DNA of 64,000 nt from an uncultured Alphaproteobacteria bacterium. GTDB taxonomy: Bacteria; Pseudomonadota; Alphaproteobacteria; HIMB59; GCA-002718135. The stretch lies in the NCBI GenBank assembly GCA_902601455.1, contig CACKNC010000006.1, positions 6,875 through 70,874 of the forward strand, given 5' to 3'. How positions within the stretch are numbered: the stretch's first letter is position 1; each line of letters begins with the position of its first letter. The notes under the pieces are model-generated. The model worked only from the letters and a program-made list of their open reading frames with translations. It ran no database searches and was not told where the DNA came from. This document shows, piece after piece, positions 1-9,997 of this stretch. The translations under genes and the position numbers were made by a program.

Positions 1-1079
1 ATCAAGCATCCTTCATTATTAGTCAAAATTTCGATGTGTAATTTATTTGAGTAACGAATAGAATTATCAATTATATTTTGAAAAGCTCTTTTTAATTGTA
101 AAGGTCTTGCTGAGGTTTGGACAATACTTTTTTCATGTAAATTTATTTGAATTTTCTCCTTATTTATATTGTTAACAATTTCTTTTAAAAATTTATTTAA
201 ATTTAAACTTTCTATAGGTTCAGGAGCTTCAGATCTTACAAAACTAACATAACTATCAAGCATTGCTGTCATCTCATTAATATCAAGCTCAAGTTCTTTC
301 TTAGCTTTTTCATTTTTTAAAAGTGAAAGCTGTAGTTTCATTCTGGTTAAAGGTGTTCTTAGGTCATGACTTACTCCTGCAAGCATATCAGTTCTTTGTT
401 TCAAAAATCTTTTAATACGAGTCCGCATTTGATTAAATGCATTTGCAGTTTGTCTAATCTCAGAAGCGCCTGCGGATTGTAGCTCTGGTGCATCTAATCC
501 TCTGCCGAAAGTTTCAGCAATAATCGATAATCTTTTTAGAGGTCTTATTTGTTTATTCATTAAAAAATAAGATATTATTAGCAATAAAATAGAGGCAAAA
601 ATCATCCACAGTAAGAAAACGAAAGCAGTTTCACTATAAAGCCTATCCTTATCAACATTAATTAATAGCAAATTTTTTTCTAATTGAATTACAATCTTTA
701 CTCCTTTGTCAATGTTACTTAAATCATAAGTAAAAGGTTTTTTAATATTGTTTAATGCCTGTTTAAGTCTTTTTGATAATATACCTCTTTGTTCAATAAA
801 TATAATATTGTTAATCTGAGAATTTTTCTGAATATTAATCTGCATTTTAAAATCTTCTTTAGCAATACTAACTGCTTCAACTTCCAGACCCTGATTAATT
901 AATTTTACAATTACATTAATATCAGCAACTACTGACTCGGTTAATCTTTTAGAAATAATATTCCAAGATGTTTGATAAAAAATTATTGATGTAATAATTA
1001 CTAGTAAAAATATTGGTACAAAAATTATTATAATTGAGCGTCCTAACAATGAAACTGGAATTATTTTTTTAAAAATCAT
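1..1079 (-). CDS. Sensor histidine kinase, EnvZ-like (C-terminal part runs off the window edge)
   Basis: Absent from the ORF track because it is open at position 1. Manual reverse translation from the ATG at 1079-1077 gives MIFKKIIPVSLLGRSIIIIFVPIFLLVIITS... It has a second hydrophobic segment (AFVFLLWMIFASILLLIISYFL), a HAMP-like linker and the H-box GVSHDLRTPLTRM. Its start overlaps the stop of the response regulator gene (ATGA). Confidence 0.8.
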   Translation of the reverse strand, partial: MIFKKIIPVSLLGRSIIIIFVPIFLLVIITSIIFYQTSWNIISKRLTESVVADINVIVKLINQGLEVEAVSIAKEDFKMQINIQKNSQINNIIFIEQRGILSKRLKQALNNIKKPFTYDLSNIDKGVKIVIQLEKNLLLINVDKDRLYSETAFVFLLWMIFASILLLIISYFLMNKQIRPLKRLSIIAETFGRGLDAPELQSAGASEIRQTANAFNQMRTRIKRFLKQRTDMLAGVSHDLRTPLTRMKLQLSLLKNEKAKKELELDINEMTAMLDSYVSFVRSEAPEPIESLNLNKFLKEIVNNINKEKIQINLHEKSIVQTSARPLQLKRAFQNIIDNSIRYSNKLHIEILTNNEGCL

Positions 1080-1762
1080 ATTTCTTTACAAACAAGCATA
1101 TATCCCTGACCTCTAATAGTTTTTATATGCTGGGGTTTTTTGGGAATTTTTTCAATTTTTTGTCTAAGTCTTGTGACTCCAACATCTACCTTTCTTAATT
1201 CACTTTCATCAAAATCTTTTTCAGCTAATTCTTCTCTTGATAGAGTATTATTTCTATTATTTATAAGTTTTAATAATAAATTATTTTCACCTTCTGTAAG
1301 ATATACTTCTTCATTATTAAATTTTAGCGATTTAGTTTTTGTATCAAATACATTATCTCCAAAACTTATTAATAATTCTGTTTGATTGATATTCTCATAT
1401 AATTTTAACAAATTTTTTATACGTAGATATAGTTCTTCTGGCTCAAATGGTTTTGATAAATAATCATCTGCTCCTGTTTTCAAACCATCTATTTTTTGAT
1501 TATTTTCACCCATAGCAGTTAACATTATGACGGGTGTCTTTGAATTTTTTTTAATATGACTAACTAAATTAATTCCATCACCACTTGGCATCATTCTATC
1601 CAAAATTATTAGGTCAAATAAAAAAAAATTTAAAATTTCTCTAGCTTCATTAAAATCTTCAGAAGTAAATACTTGGAAATTTTTTTCATTTAAATAATCC
1701 TTTAGTAAATCTCTTAACCTTTGATCATCATCGACTAAAAGTATAGTTTTCTTCATCATCAC
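1076..1762 (-). CDS. OmpR-family two-component response regulator
   Basis: The receiver domain has LVDDD, ILDRMMP and SKPF. The C-terminal winged helix has LTEGENNLL and TIRGQGY. The true start is probably one of the ATGs at 1759/1756 rather than GTG 1762. It overlaps the MarR stop (TGATG). Confidence 0.9.
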   Translation of the reverse strand: MMMKKTILLVDDDQRLRDLLKDYLNEKNFQVFTSEDFNEAREILNFFLFDLIILDRMMPSGDGINLVSHIKKNSKTPVIMLTAMGENNQKIDGLKTGADDYLSKPFEPEELYLRIKNLLKLYENINQTELLISFGDNVFDTKTKSLKFNNEEVYLTEGENNLLLKLINNRNNTLSREELAEKDFDESELRKVDVGVTRLRQKIEKIPKKPQHIKTIRGQGYMLVCKEI

Positions 1763-2244
1763 TCATTTAAATCTTGAAATTTTTTTTTATTATCTGCTTC
1801 TATCATCTCGTACAAAATTTTTTTAAAACTATTAATGTCTTCATAATTAAAATTATTTATAACTTTTTTTATCTTATTTATTTGAATATTTGATAATTCA
1901 TTCTCAAGATTTTTGCCTTTATTCGTTAATGAAAGAATTTTAGTTCTCTTATCTAAGCCAGTTGATACAATTATAAAACCCTCTTTGACTAATTGATTTA
2001 GAACCCTAGACAAACTTTGCTTTGTTATTTTCAAAACTGCAAGAAGATCTTTAATAGTAATATTATTTTTTTTCCCTACAAAGTAAATTACCCTATGATG
2101 AGCTCTGCCAAAATTAAGTTTTTCTAAAACTTTATCTGGTCCTGCAGTAAAATCCCTGTAAGAAAAGAAAATTAGCTCTATAATTTTTTTTATTTCATTA
2201 TTATTTAAAAAGAACGGAGAAATTAAATTTTTTAGGTCAGTCAT
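1759..2244 (-). CDS. MarR-family transcriptional regulator
   Basis: 161 aa. Winged-HTH region: ITIKDLLAVLKITKQSLSRVLNQLVKEGFI...DKRTKILSLTNKG. Confidence 0.85.
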   Translation of the reverse strand: MTDLKNLISPFFLNNNEIKKIIELIFFSYRDFTAGPDKVLEKLNFGRAHHRVIYFVGKKNNITIKDLLAVLKITKQSLSRVLNQLVKEGFIIVSTGLDKRTKILSLTNKGKNLENELSNIQINKIKKVINNFNYEDINSFKKILYEMIEADNKKKFQDLNE

Positions 2245-2307
2245 ATTGACTTAATTATGCATCACTGATACTCAATTGTCATTAAAAAAAGACTTGAAGG
2301 AGTTTAA

Positions 2308-3192
2308 ATGATTAAATCTTTTGAAGATAGGGAAGGTTGGATTTGGATGAATGGCAATTTTATTCCTTGGAAAAATGCTACTTCTCATATTGTCTCACAA
2401 GGTCTTCATTATGCAAGTGCAGTATTTGAAGGAGAAAGAGCCTATAATGGAAAAATATTTAAATCTGAAGAGCATACAAAAAGATTTTTTAAATCTGCAC
2501 AAATAATTGGTATTCAAATACCTTATTCTGAGCAAGAATTGAATTCTGCAAAAGAAGAGTTAATAAAAAAAATGAATTATAAAGACTGTTATGTGAGACC
2601 TCTAGCTTGGAGAGGTGGAGACCAAATGGGTATTTCCACAACTCAATCAAACATTAATGTTGCTATAGCTGTGTGGGATGATTGGGCATCTTATTTTAAA
2701 ATAGAAGATAGAAAAGCTGGACTTAAGTTAATCACATCTCCATGGAGAAGGCCGGCTCCAGATACAGCTCCATATGAAGCAAAAGCATCAGGACCATATA
2801 TAATTTGCACAATGTCAAAAGAGTTTGCAGAGTCTAAGGGATTTCATGATGCATTGATGCTAGATTATCGAGGCTACATAGCTGAAGGCACTGGAGCAAA
2901 TATATTTTTTATAAAAGATAATGATATACATACACCTATTCCAGATTGTTTTTTAAATGGTATCACGCGTCAAGCAGTTATTAAAATGGCAACAGAACAG
3001 GGTTTTAAAATTACAGTAAGGCATATATTGCCAGATGAAATTAAAAACTATGATGAGGCTTTTTTAACAGGTACTGCAGCAGAAATTACTCCCATTAGAT
3101 CAATCGATACTGTAAGTTTTACAACGGGTGAAAATACAACCACTTATAAGTTTATGAGTGATTTTAGTGAGCTTGTTAATACCTCTAAATAG
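2308..3192 (+). CDS. ilvE: Branched-chain amino acid aminotransferase (fold-type IV)
   Basis: 294 aa. Blocks GLHYASAVFEGERAY, YVRPLAWRG, EGTGANIFF and LTGTAAEITPI are typical of short bacterial IlvE. The RBS is AAGGAG. Confidence 0.8.
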   Translation: MIKSFEDREGWIWMNGNFIPWKNATSHIVSQGLHYASAVFEGERAYNGKIFKSEEHTKRFFKSAQIIGIQIPYSEQELNSAKEELIKKMNYKDCYVRPLAWRGGDQMGISTTQSNINVAIAVWDDWASYFKIEDRKAGLKLITSPWRRPAPDTAPYEAKASGPYIICTMSKEFAESKGFHDALMLDYRGYIAEGTGANIFFIKDNDIHTPIPDCFLNGITRQAVIKMATEQGFKITVRHILPDEIKNYDEAFLTGTAAEITPIRSIDTVSFTTGENTTTYKFMSDFSELVNTSK

Positions 3193-3601
3193 TATTAATT
3201 AACCATTCATTTTTTTTATCGTAAAATTCATTTTTCCAAAATGGCGCATCTTTTTTCAGATAATCCATTATAAAATTACATGACTCAAAACTGTCTTTGC
3301 GGTGTGAAGAAAAACTAGCAACAAGAACTATTTTATCACTAACTTTTAGGTTCCCATATCGATGAATAATCAAAGTATCGATTAGACTCCATTTAATATT
3401 TGCTTTTTTTATAATTTTTTCTAACTGCTGATATGCCATCTCTTCATATACTTCTAAATTTATTGATTGCACATTAGTATTATTATTATTGTCCCTAACG
3501 TACCCTGTAAAAGAAGTTACAGCCCCAATGCTGGAATATAACTTTTTTATAGAGCTAATTTCTTTCTCAACATTAAAATCTTCTTTTTGAATTTTAATCA
3601 T
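3185..3601 (-). CDS. moaE: Molybdopterin synthase catalytic subunit MoaE
   Basis: 138 aa. Blocks IIHRYGNLKVSDKIVLVASFSSHRKDSFESCNFIMDYLKKDAPFWK match the MoaE signature. Confidence 0.85.
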   Translation of the reverse strand: MIKIQKEDFNVEKEISSIKKLYSSIGAVTSFTGYVRDNNNNTNVQSINLEVYEEMAYQQLEKIIKKANIKWSLIDTLIIHRYGNLKVSDKIVLVASFSSHRKDSFESCNFIMDYLKKDAPFWKNEFYDKKNEWLINTI

Positions 3602-3846
3602 TATCCACCACTTACAGGAGGAAATAGTGCAATTTCATCGTCCTTTTTAAGATTAACATTTTCTACAACATATTCTTGGTTAACAGCAAATCTTAAAATT
3701 TCTTGATCAAAGTGTTTTTGTAAATTTGGATATTTAGTTAATAAGAATACTTTTAAATTGTTCAAATTTTGTATTTCATTAGAATCTATATACTCTTCAT
3801 CATTTTTTGTTAATTCTCTTATCCATGCGAAATATTTAATTTTCAT
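3601..3846 (-). CDS. moaD: Molybdopterin synthase sulfur-carrier subunit MoaD
   Basis: 81 aa with a ubiquitin-like size and a C-terminal PPVSGG. It lies directly upstream of moaE with a 1-nt overlap. Confidence 0.8.
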   Translation of the reverse strand: MKIKYFAWIRELTKNDEEYIDSNEIQNLNNLKVFLLTKYPNLQKHFDQEILRFAVNQEYVVENVNLKKDDEIALFPPVSGG

Positions 3847-4394
3847 TAAAAGTGCTTTAAGCCTGATTTAAGATAATCATATCCTGTATATAAAGTTAAT
3901 ATACCTGCACCCCATAGTGCAATTTTTCCAATAGAGATTATTGGGATTATTGTGATGCCACTTTCACTTAGAATTAAAAAGGCAAGTGCGATTAATTGCA
4001 TTGAAGTTTTTATTTTAGCTATACGTGATACAGGAACACTTACTTTTATTTTTGCCAAATATTCTCTAAGTCCTGAGACGGCAATTTCTCTTAATAGTAT
4101 TATTAGAGCTGGAATAGTTTCCCAATCAGCAATTACTTCTTTTGAGGTTAAAATTAAAATTACTGCTGCAACTAATAACTTATCTGCTATTGGGTCAAGA
4201 AAAGTTCCAAAATTAGTAACCTCATTTCTAATACGTGCAATATATCCATCAAAATAATCTGTAATACTTGCTATGCAAAATAACGTAAACGCAGCCCATC
4301 CATAGAAAGAACTGTTCATGTAAATACAAAACACAATTAATGGGATAACTATTACGCGAGCTAAAGTAAGTAAGTTAGAAATATTCAGTTTCAT
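3846..4394 (-). CDS. pgsA: CDP-diacylglycerol--glycerol-3-phosphate 3-phosphatidyltransferase
   Basis: 182 aa polytopic protein. It carries the CDP-alcohol phosphatidyltransferase motif DYFDGYIARIRNEVTNFGTFLDPIADKL. Confidence 0.85.
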   Translation of the reverse strand: MKLNISNLLTLARVIVIPLIVFCIYMNSSFYGWAAFTLFCIASITDYFDGYIARIRNEVTNFGTFLDPIADKLLVAAVILILTSKEVIADWETIPALIILLREIAVSGLREYLAKIKVSVPVSRIAKIKTSMQLIALAFLILSESGITIIPIISIGKIALWGAGILTLYTGYDYLKSGLKHF

Positions 4395-4422
4395 AAATTT
4401 TTTTTAGATTAAGTTTGGCTCA

Positions 4423-6309
4423 TTAGCCATTAAAAAATTCATACAATTCTTCAAGTTTTTTTGACGGAATTGTTTTAATTTGTTTCAGATCTTCAAGTGA
4501 GGCTGATTTAATCTTTTGAATTGTGCCAAAATGTAAAAGTAAATCTTTTTTTCTTTTTGGTCCAATTCCTTTTATTTCATCAAATATTGATTTAATTGAT
4601 GATTTTGATCTTCTTGATCTGTGTGCAGTTATTGCAAAACGATGGGCTTCATCTCTCAATCTCTGTATAAAATTAAGCAAATTATCATTAGGTTTCAAAT
4701 TTAAATTTCGATTTTCTAGATGAATTATTTCTCTACCAGCATTTCTTTCAGGCCCTTTTGAAACACTGAGTAAATTAATATTATCTAAATTATATTTTTT
4801 TAAAATTTTTAATACACTATTATATTGACCTCTTCCTCCATCAATTATTATGACATCAGGAATTAGAGATTCATCTTTTTTATCAATTTTACCCAATCTT
4901 CTTGTAAGTACTTCTTCCATCATGTAATAATCATCAACTTTAGAAATATTATTATTTTTTAAATCATAACGTATATTAAATTTTCTATAATTTTTTGGGC
5001 TTAACCCTTCTTTATCTGCAACTACCATCACTCCAACAGAATTTTTTCCAGATGTGTGACTGTTATCATAAGCTTCTATTCGCTTTATTTCATTCTTTGT
5101 TTTTAAAAGTTTAGATAATGAAATTAAAGCAAAGTTATGTGTTTCCAAGCTAGATTTTTTAAGTTTAATGCTTTCAAGTGCATTTTTTTCTGCAAGTAAA
5201 ATGTGTTGTAATTTCTCACCAGATTTAGGTTTAAGTATTTTTATTTTTGACTTATTTTTTTTATTAAGTGTATTTTCAACTTCTTTAAAAAAATTTTGAT
5301 CAATGTTTACTAATATTTTTGGAGGAATATCTTTATCTGCATAAAATTGATATAGAAATGATTCAAGTATTTCACTATCTTCACTAGTATCTTCATGAGA
5401 AGGAAAAAATGACTTGTTACCATAGTTGCTTCCATTTCTGTAAAACTTACCATGTATACAACTTTTATTATCGCTTATTTTAATTGCAAAAATATCAATA
5501 TTTCTCATTTCTTTTATATAAACAGATTGATATTTTTGAATTTGATTAACTGATTTAATTCTGTCTCTTAGCCTTCCTGCCTCTTCAAACATTTGATTTT
5601 TACTTGCAATCTTCATTCTTGAAGCTAATTTTCTTTCAATTTTTTTTGTATTACCTTTTAAAAATTTTTTAGCATCATCAATACTTTCTTTATATTTATC
5701 TTCATCAATATATTTAACGCATGGTCCACTGCATCTTTTTATATCAAATAAAAGACAAGGCCTTGACCTATTATTAAATGTACCCTCAGAACAACTTCTT
5801 AATAAAAAAGCTTTTTGAAGAGCTATTAATGTATAATCAGCAACCGATGGAGATACAAAAGGACCAAAATAATCTCCTTTAATTTTTTTTGAACCACGGT
5901 ATTTCTGAAGACGTGGATATTTATGTTCTTTATTAATTAGAATATATGGGAAAGATTTATCATCTCTTAAAATAATATTAAAACGTGGTTTGTGTCTTTT
6001 AATTAAATTACACTCAAGGAGTAATGCTTCAATTTCCGTATTCGTAACGAAAAAATTCATTTTTTTTGTGAGACTAACCATCCGCTGTAATCGCCGAGTG
6101 AGGTTGTTTAAATTTGTATAATTAATAACTCTCTTTGAGAGATTTTTTGCTTTTCCAATATAAAGTATATTACTCTCATCATCTTCCATTTGATAAACGC
6201 CAGGTTGATTGGGTAGTGTTTTAGCAATGAACTTAATAATTTCATGACCTTTTAGAGTGGCCTGAATATTTTTAAGATCTTTATTAGTTTTTATCTCTTT
6301 TTTTTTCAT
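4423..6309 (-). CDS. uvrC: Excinuclease ABC subunit C
   Basis: 628 aa. It has GIY-YIG (GVYQMEDDESNILYIGKAKNLSKR), a UVR domain, an endonuclease V-like domain and a C-terminal HhH (IKGIGPKRKKDLLLHFG). Confidence 0.95.
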   Translation of the reverse strand: MKKKEIKTNKDLKNIQATLKGHEIIKFIAKTLPNQPGVYQMEDDESNILYIGKAKNLSKRVINYTNLNNLTRRLQRMVSLTKKMNFFVTNTEIEALLLECNLIKRHKPRFNIILRDDKSFPYILINKEHKYPRLQKYRGSKKIKGDYFGPFVSPSVADYTLIALQKAFLLRSCSEGTFNNRSRPCLLFDIKRCSGPCVKYIDEDKYKESIDDAKKFLKGNTKKIERKLASRMKIASKNQMFEEAGRLRDRIKSVNQIQKYQSVYIKEMRNIDIFAIKISDNKSCIHGKFYRNGSNYGNKSFFPSHEDTSEDSEILESFLYQFYADKDIPPKILVNIDQNFFKEVENTLNKKNKSKIKILKPKSGEKLQHILLAEKNALESIKLKKSSLETHNFALISLSKLLKTKNEIKRIEAYDNSHTSGKNSVGVMVVADKEGLSPKNYRKFNIRYDLKNNNISKVDDYYMMEEVLTRRLGKIDKKDESLIPDVIIIDGGRGQYNSVLKILKKYNLDNINLLSVSKGPERNAGREIIHLENRNLNLKPNDNLLNFIQRLRDEAHRFAITAHRSRRSKSSIKSIFDEIKGIGPKRKKDLLLHFGTIQKIKSASLEDLKQIKTIPSKKLEELYEFFNG

Positions 6310-6412
6310 TATCTTATTAATTTCCTAGATTATGATCTAAAATTATTATACTCCAAAATTTGAATTATATAAAATAAGTCTAAATAGATAACATAATATA
6401 TTAATTGGAGAT

Positions 6413-8188
6413 TTGAAGATGGCAAAAATGACTACTGAGGAAGCTTTTGTAAAAGTTCTACAAATGCACGGAATACAACACTCATTTGGAATAATTGGAT
6501 CAGCGTTTATGCCAATTTCTGATCTTTTTCCTAAAGCTGGTATTACTTTTTGGGATGTTGCTCATGAATCAAATGGTGGTCTTATTGCTGACGGTTATAC
6601 TAGATCAACTGGTAAAATTGCTATGTGTATTGCCCAAAATGGGCCTGGTATTACAGGTTTAGTTACTCCTGTTAAGACAGCATATTGGAATCACACACCT
6701 ATGCTTTTAGTAACACCTCAAGCTGCAAATAAGACAATGGGTCAAGGAGGTTTCCAAGAAGTAGAACAAATGAATCTATTTAAGGATATGGTTTGTTATC
6801 AAGAAGAGGTTCGTGATGCATCTAGAATGGCAGAAGTTTTAAATAGAGTAATCTTAAAAGCAAAAAGAGGATCAGCTCCAGCTCAAATAAATGTTCCAAG
6901 AGATTTTTGGACACAAGTTGTTGATATTGAACTACCATCTATAATAGAGTTTGAAAGACCTGCTGGTGGTGCTTCAGCAATTACCGAAGCAGCTGAACTT
7001 TTATCTAAAGCTAAATTTCCAGTAATATTATCAGGTGCAGGTGTTGTACTAGCTGATGCAATTGAAGATTGTAAAAATATAGCAGAAAAATTAGATGCCC
7101 CTGTCGCATGTGGTTATCAGCATAATGATAGTTTTCCAGGTAAACATCCACTTGCAGTTGGCCCGCTAGGTTACAATGGATCCAAAGCTGCTATGGAAAT
7201 AATTTCAAAAGCTGATGTCGTATTGGCATTAGGCACAAGATTAAATCCTTTTTCTACTTTGCCAGGTTATGGTATTGATTATTGGCCCAAAGAAGCTAAG
7301 ATTATTCAAGTCGATATTAACTCAGATAGAATTGGTCTAGCAAAAAAGATATCAGTTGGAATTTGCGGAGATGCTAAATTAGTTGCCAAACAAATTCTTG
7401 GTCAATTATCATCAACTGCTGGGGATGATGGAAGAGAAGATAGAAAAGCACTAATACATCAAACTAAATCTTCTTGGCTTCAAACACTTACAAGCCTTGA
7501 TCATGAAGAGGATGATGAGGGCACTTCATGGAATAAAGACTCACGAGAGAGAGACCCGGATAGGATGTCTCCGCGCATGGCATGGAGAGCTATTCAAGCC
7601 GGTCTGCCTGATAATGCAATCATTTCCAGTGATATTGGAAACAACTGTGCTATTGGAAACGCCTACCCAACTTTTGAACAAGGAAGAAAATATTTAGCAC
7701 CTGGTTTATTTGGACCATGTGGTTATGGTTTTCCTTCAGTTTTAGGAGCAAAAATTGGTTGTCCAGATACACCTGTTGTTGGTTTTTCTGGAGATGGAGC
7801 TTTTGGAATTAGTATGAGTGAAATGACTTCATGTAGCAGAGAAGAATGGCCAAACATTACAATGGTAATATTCAGAAATTATCAATGGGGAGCAGAGAAA
7901 AGAAATACAACTCTTTGGTATGATAACAACTTTATTGGTACAGAGCTTGATCCAAAATTAAGTTATGCAAAAATTGCAGATGCTTGTGGTTTTAAAGGTG
8001 TTAAAGTTACTACTCAATCAGAGTTAACAGAAGCACTTAAAGCTTCTTGTGTAGATCAAATGAATGGTATAACAACTTTCATCGAAGTTATATTAAATCA
8101 AGAACTTGGTGAGCCATTTAGAAGAGATGCAATGAAAGCACCAGTTGAAGTAGCAGGAATTAATAGTCAGGATACTGTCGCTCAATAA
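6413..8188 (+). CDS. xsc: Sulfoacetaldehyde acetyltransferase (TPP-dependent)
   Basis: 591 aa three-domain TPP enzyme. The N-terminus MTTEEAFVKVLQMHGIQHSFGIIGSAFMPISDLFPKAGITFWDVAHE and the blocks NGPGITGLVTPVKTAYWNHTPMLLVTPQAANKT and QGGFQEVEQM match Xsc as I remember it. The TPP motif is GDGAFGIS...N. ATG 6419 (GGAG 8 nt upstream) is a more likely start than TTG 6413. Confidence 0.85.
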   Translation: MKMAKMTTEEAFVKVLQMHGIQHSFGIIGSAFMPISDLFPKAGITFWDVAHESNGGLIADGYTRSTGKIAMCIAQNGPGITGLVTPVKTAYWNHTPMLLVTPQAANKTMGQGGFQEVEQMNLFKDMVCYQEEVRDASRMAEVLNRVILKAKRGSAPAQINVPRDFWTQVVDIELPSIIEFERPAGGASAITEAAELLSKAKFPVILSGAGVVLADAIEDCKNIAEKLDAPVACGYQHNDSFPGKHPLAVGPLGYNGSKAAMEIISKADVVLALGTRLNPFSTLPGYGIDYWPKEAKIIQVDINSDRIGLAKKISVGICGDAKLVAKQILGQLSSTAGDDGREDRKALIHQTKSSWLQTLTSLDHEEDDEGTSWNKDSRERDPDRMSPRMAWRAIQAGLPDNAIISSDIGNNCAIGNAYPTFEQGRKYLAPGLFGPCGYGFPSVLGAKIGCPDTPVVGFSGDGAFGISMSEMTSCSREEWPNITMVIFRNYQWGAEKRNTTLWYDNNFIGTELDPKLSYAKIADACGFKGVKVTTQSELTEALKASCVDQMNGITTFIEVILNQELGEPFRRDAMKAPVEVAGINSQDTVAQ

Positions 8189-8190
8189 AC

Positions 8191-9792
8191 TCATTGATCT
8201 GCGATAATCATATCTGCTGCTTTTTCAGCAATCATTATTGTTGGTGCATTAGTGTTGCCTGATGTAATGTTTGGCATAATTGAAGCATCTACAACTCGTA
8301 AATTTTCAACCTCATGAACTTTAAGCTTATCACTCACTACTGAAGTTGTGTCATTCCCCATTTTACAAGTCCCAACTGGATGAAAAATGGTTTGTACATG
8401 TTCACTAGCTGCCTGAATAATTTCTTCATCACTTTGATTATTTATACCTGGTCTGAATTCTTCTGGTTGATATTTTTTAAATGTTTCACTTTCAAAAATA
8501 ATTTTTCTCACCAATCTTATTCCTGCTGCTGAGACTTGGCGATCATCTTCAGTTGAGAGATAATTCATTTTTATTTTTGGATAAACTCTATTATCCTTAG
8601 AAGTGATAGATATTTCTCCTCTGCTCGTAGGTCTTATATTTGCAACTGTTGGAGTAAAGGCATTAAAATTATGAAGATTAGAGCCTCCTAATCTATCAGT
8701 ACTAATAGGTTGAACATGAAATTGTAAATTTGGCGTTTCTCTACTTTCATCACTTTTGGCAAAACCACAAAGTTGACTTGCTCCCATCGTCATGACACCT
8801 TTTCTTAAAAAAACAAATTCCATTCCAATCATCATTTTTCCAAAAAAACTATTGATGGTTTTGTTAAGTGTTTTGATATTTTTTACCTTATATACAGGTC
8901 GTAACATTAAGTGATCTTGTAAGTTTTTTCCAACACTTGAGTTATGATGAGTAACTGAGATCCCTAATTCTCTTAATTTATTTTCATCTCCAATACCTGA
9001 TGTTTGAAGAATATGTGGAGAGCCTATTGAGCCAGCAGATAGAATAACTTCTTTATTAGCCTTCACGGTAATTAATTCACCATTTTTCCAATAGGAGATA
9101 CCGATAGCTTTTTTACCCTCAAAATTTATTTGCTTAACATGTGCTTTTACTTCAACCTTTAAGTTCGATCTTTTTTTTGCAGGATTAAGATAACCTACAG
9201 CAGTACTGCATCGTAAACCATTTTTTTCTGTTACTTGAAAATAATCACAACCAAAATTATCACCAGTATTAAAATCATTAATTTTAGGAATACCCATTTC
9301 TTCAGCGGCATTTTGAAACTCATCTAAGATATCAAGTTTAATTCTTATATTTGAAACTGATAAAGGACCACCGACTCCATGAAACTCACTTTTTCCTCTC
9401 TCTTGATTTTCAGATTTTATAAAGTAAGGGAGCACATCATCCCAACCCCATCCTGTGTTACCTTGTTGACGCCAAATATCATAATCTTGTGACTGCCCTC
9501 TAATATATAAAAGACCATTAATAGAAGAACTGCCACCCAGAGTTTTACCACGAGGGTAATTTATGGATCTTCCATTTATTGACTCATCAGGTTCAGTTTT
9601 GAAGCACCAATCAGTTTTAGGGTTGTGCATGGTTTTATAATAACCGACGGGAATATGTATCCATGGATAAGTATCTTTGCCCCCTGCTTCTAAAAGTAGA
9701 ACAGAGATCTGAGGATTTGCAGTCAGTCGATTCGCGAGAACACATCCAGCTGACCCAGCACCAACAATCACATAGTCAAAATGGTCATTCAT
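8191..9792 (-). CDS. GMC-family FAD oxidoreductase (choline dehydrogenase-like; candidate alcohol-sulfonate, e.g. isethionate, dehydrogenase)
   Basis: 533 aa. The N-terminal FAD fold is DYVIVGAGSAGCVLANRL, with GMC signature blocks GGSSSINGLLYIRG and HPVGTCKMG. The substrate is inferred only from context (convergent with xsc, divergent from the TRAP operon). Confidence 0.85.
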   Translation of the reverse strand: MNDHFDYVIVGAGSAGCVLANRLTANPQISVLLLEAGGKDTYPWIHIPVGYYKTMHNPKTDWCFKTEPDESINGRSINYPRGKTLGGSSSINGLLYIRGQSQDYDIWRQQGNTGWGWDDVLPYFIKSENQERGKSEFHGVGGPLSVSNIRIKLDILDEFQNAAEEMGIPKINDFNTGDNFGCDYFQVTEKNGLRCSTAVGYLNPAKKRSNLKVEVKAHVKQINFEGKKAIGISYWKNGELITVKANKEVILSAGSIGSPHILQTSGIGDENKLRELGISVTHHNSSVGKNLQDHLMLRPVYKVKNIKTLNKTINSFFGKMMIGMEFVFLRKGVMTMGASQLCGFAKSDESRETPNLQFHVQPISTDRLGGSNLHNFNAFTPTVANIRPTSRGEISITSKDNRVYPKIKMNYLSTEDDRQVSAAGIRLVRKIIFESETFKKYQPEEFRPGINNQSDEEIIQAASEHVQTIFHPVGTCKMGNDTTSVVSDKLKVHEVENLRVVDASIMPNITSGNTNAPTIMIAEKAADMIIADQ

Positions 9793-9983
9793 TTGTATCC
9801 TTAACCCAATAAAATTATTTTAAATAACTTAATTATTCATTAGAGTTTAATTAAATAACTTCAATAACATAGTGTTTAACAGTAAAATTTTATTTATTTT
9901 TTTATTAAATTATAAAATTTTTATTTTTTTATTTAATATATAAATTAAGATTTTTTGAGATAAATTATATCAATAAGCTCTTT

Positions 9984-9997
9984 GTAAAACGTTTTAC
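9984..9997. promoter_or_regulatory. Perfect 14-bp CG-centred palindrome GTAAAACGTTTTAC (LacI/GalR-type operator shape)
   Basis: Read directly. It is its own reverse complement and ends 36 nt upstream of the TRAP binding-protein ATG (10034). Confidence 0.55.

Noticed and set aside
3185-3846. MoaD/MoaE as part of the sulfur island, supplying molybdopterin for a sulfite dehydrogenase that would dispose of the sulfite released by Xsc.
   Set aside because: This is plausible physiologically, but nothing in the window supports it. There is no molybdoenzyme gene here, and the pair sits among housekeeping genes (pgsA, uvrC). I left it as ordinary cofactor biosynthesis.
6413-8188. Reading the 591-aa TPP enzyme as acetolactate synthase, IolD or a generic TPP decarboxylase.
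   Set aside because: The N-terminal 60 residues and the QGGFQEVEQM block match the distinctive Xsc signature as I remember it. No ilvN/ilvH small subunit is adjacent. pta and sulfonate-related neighbours fit Xsc.
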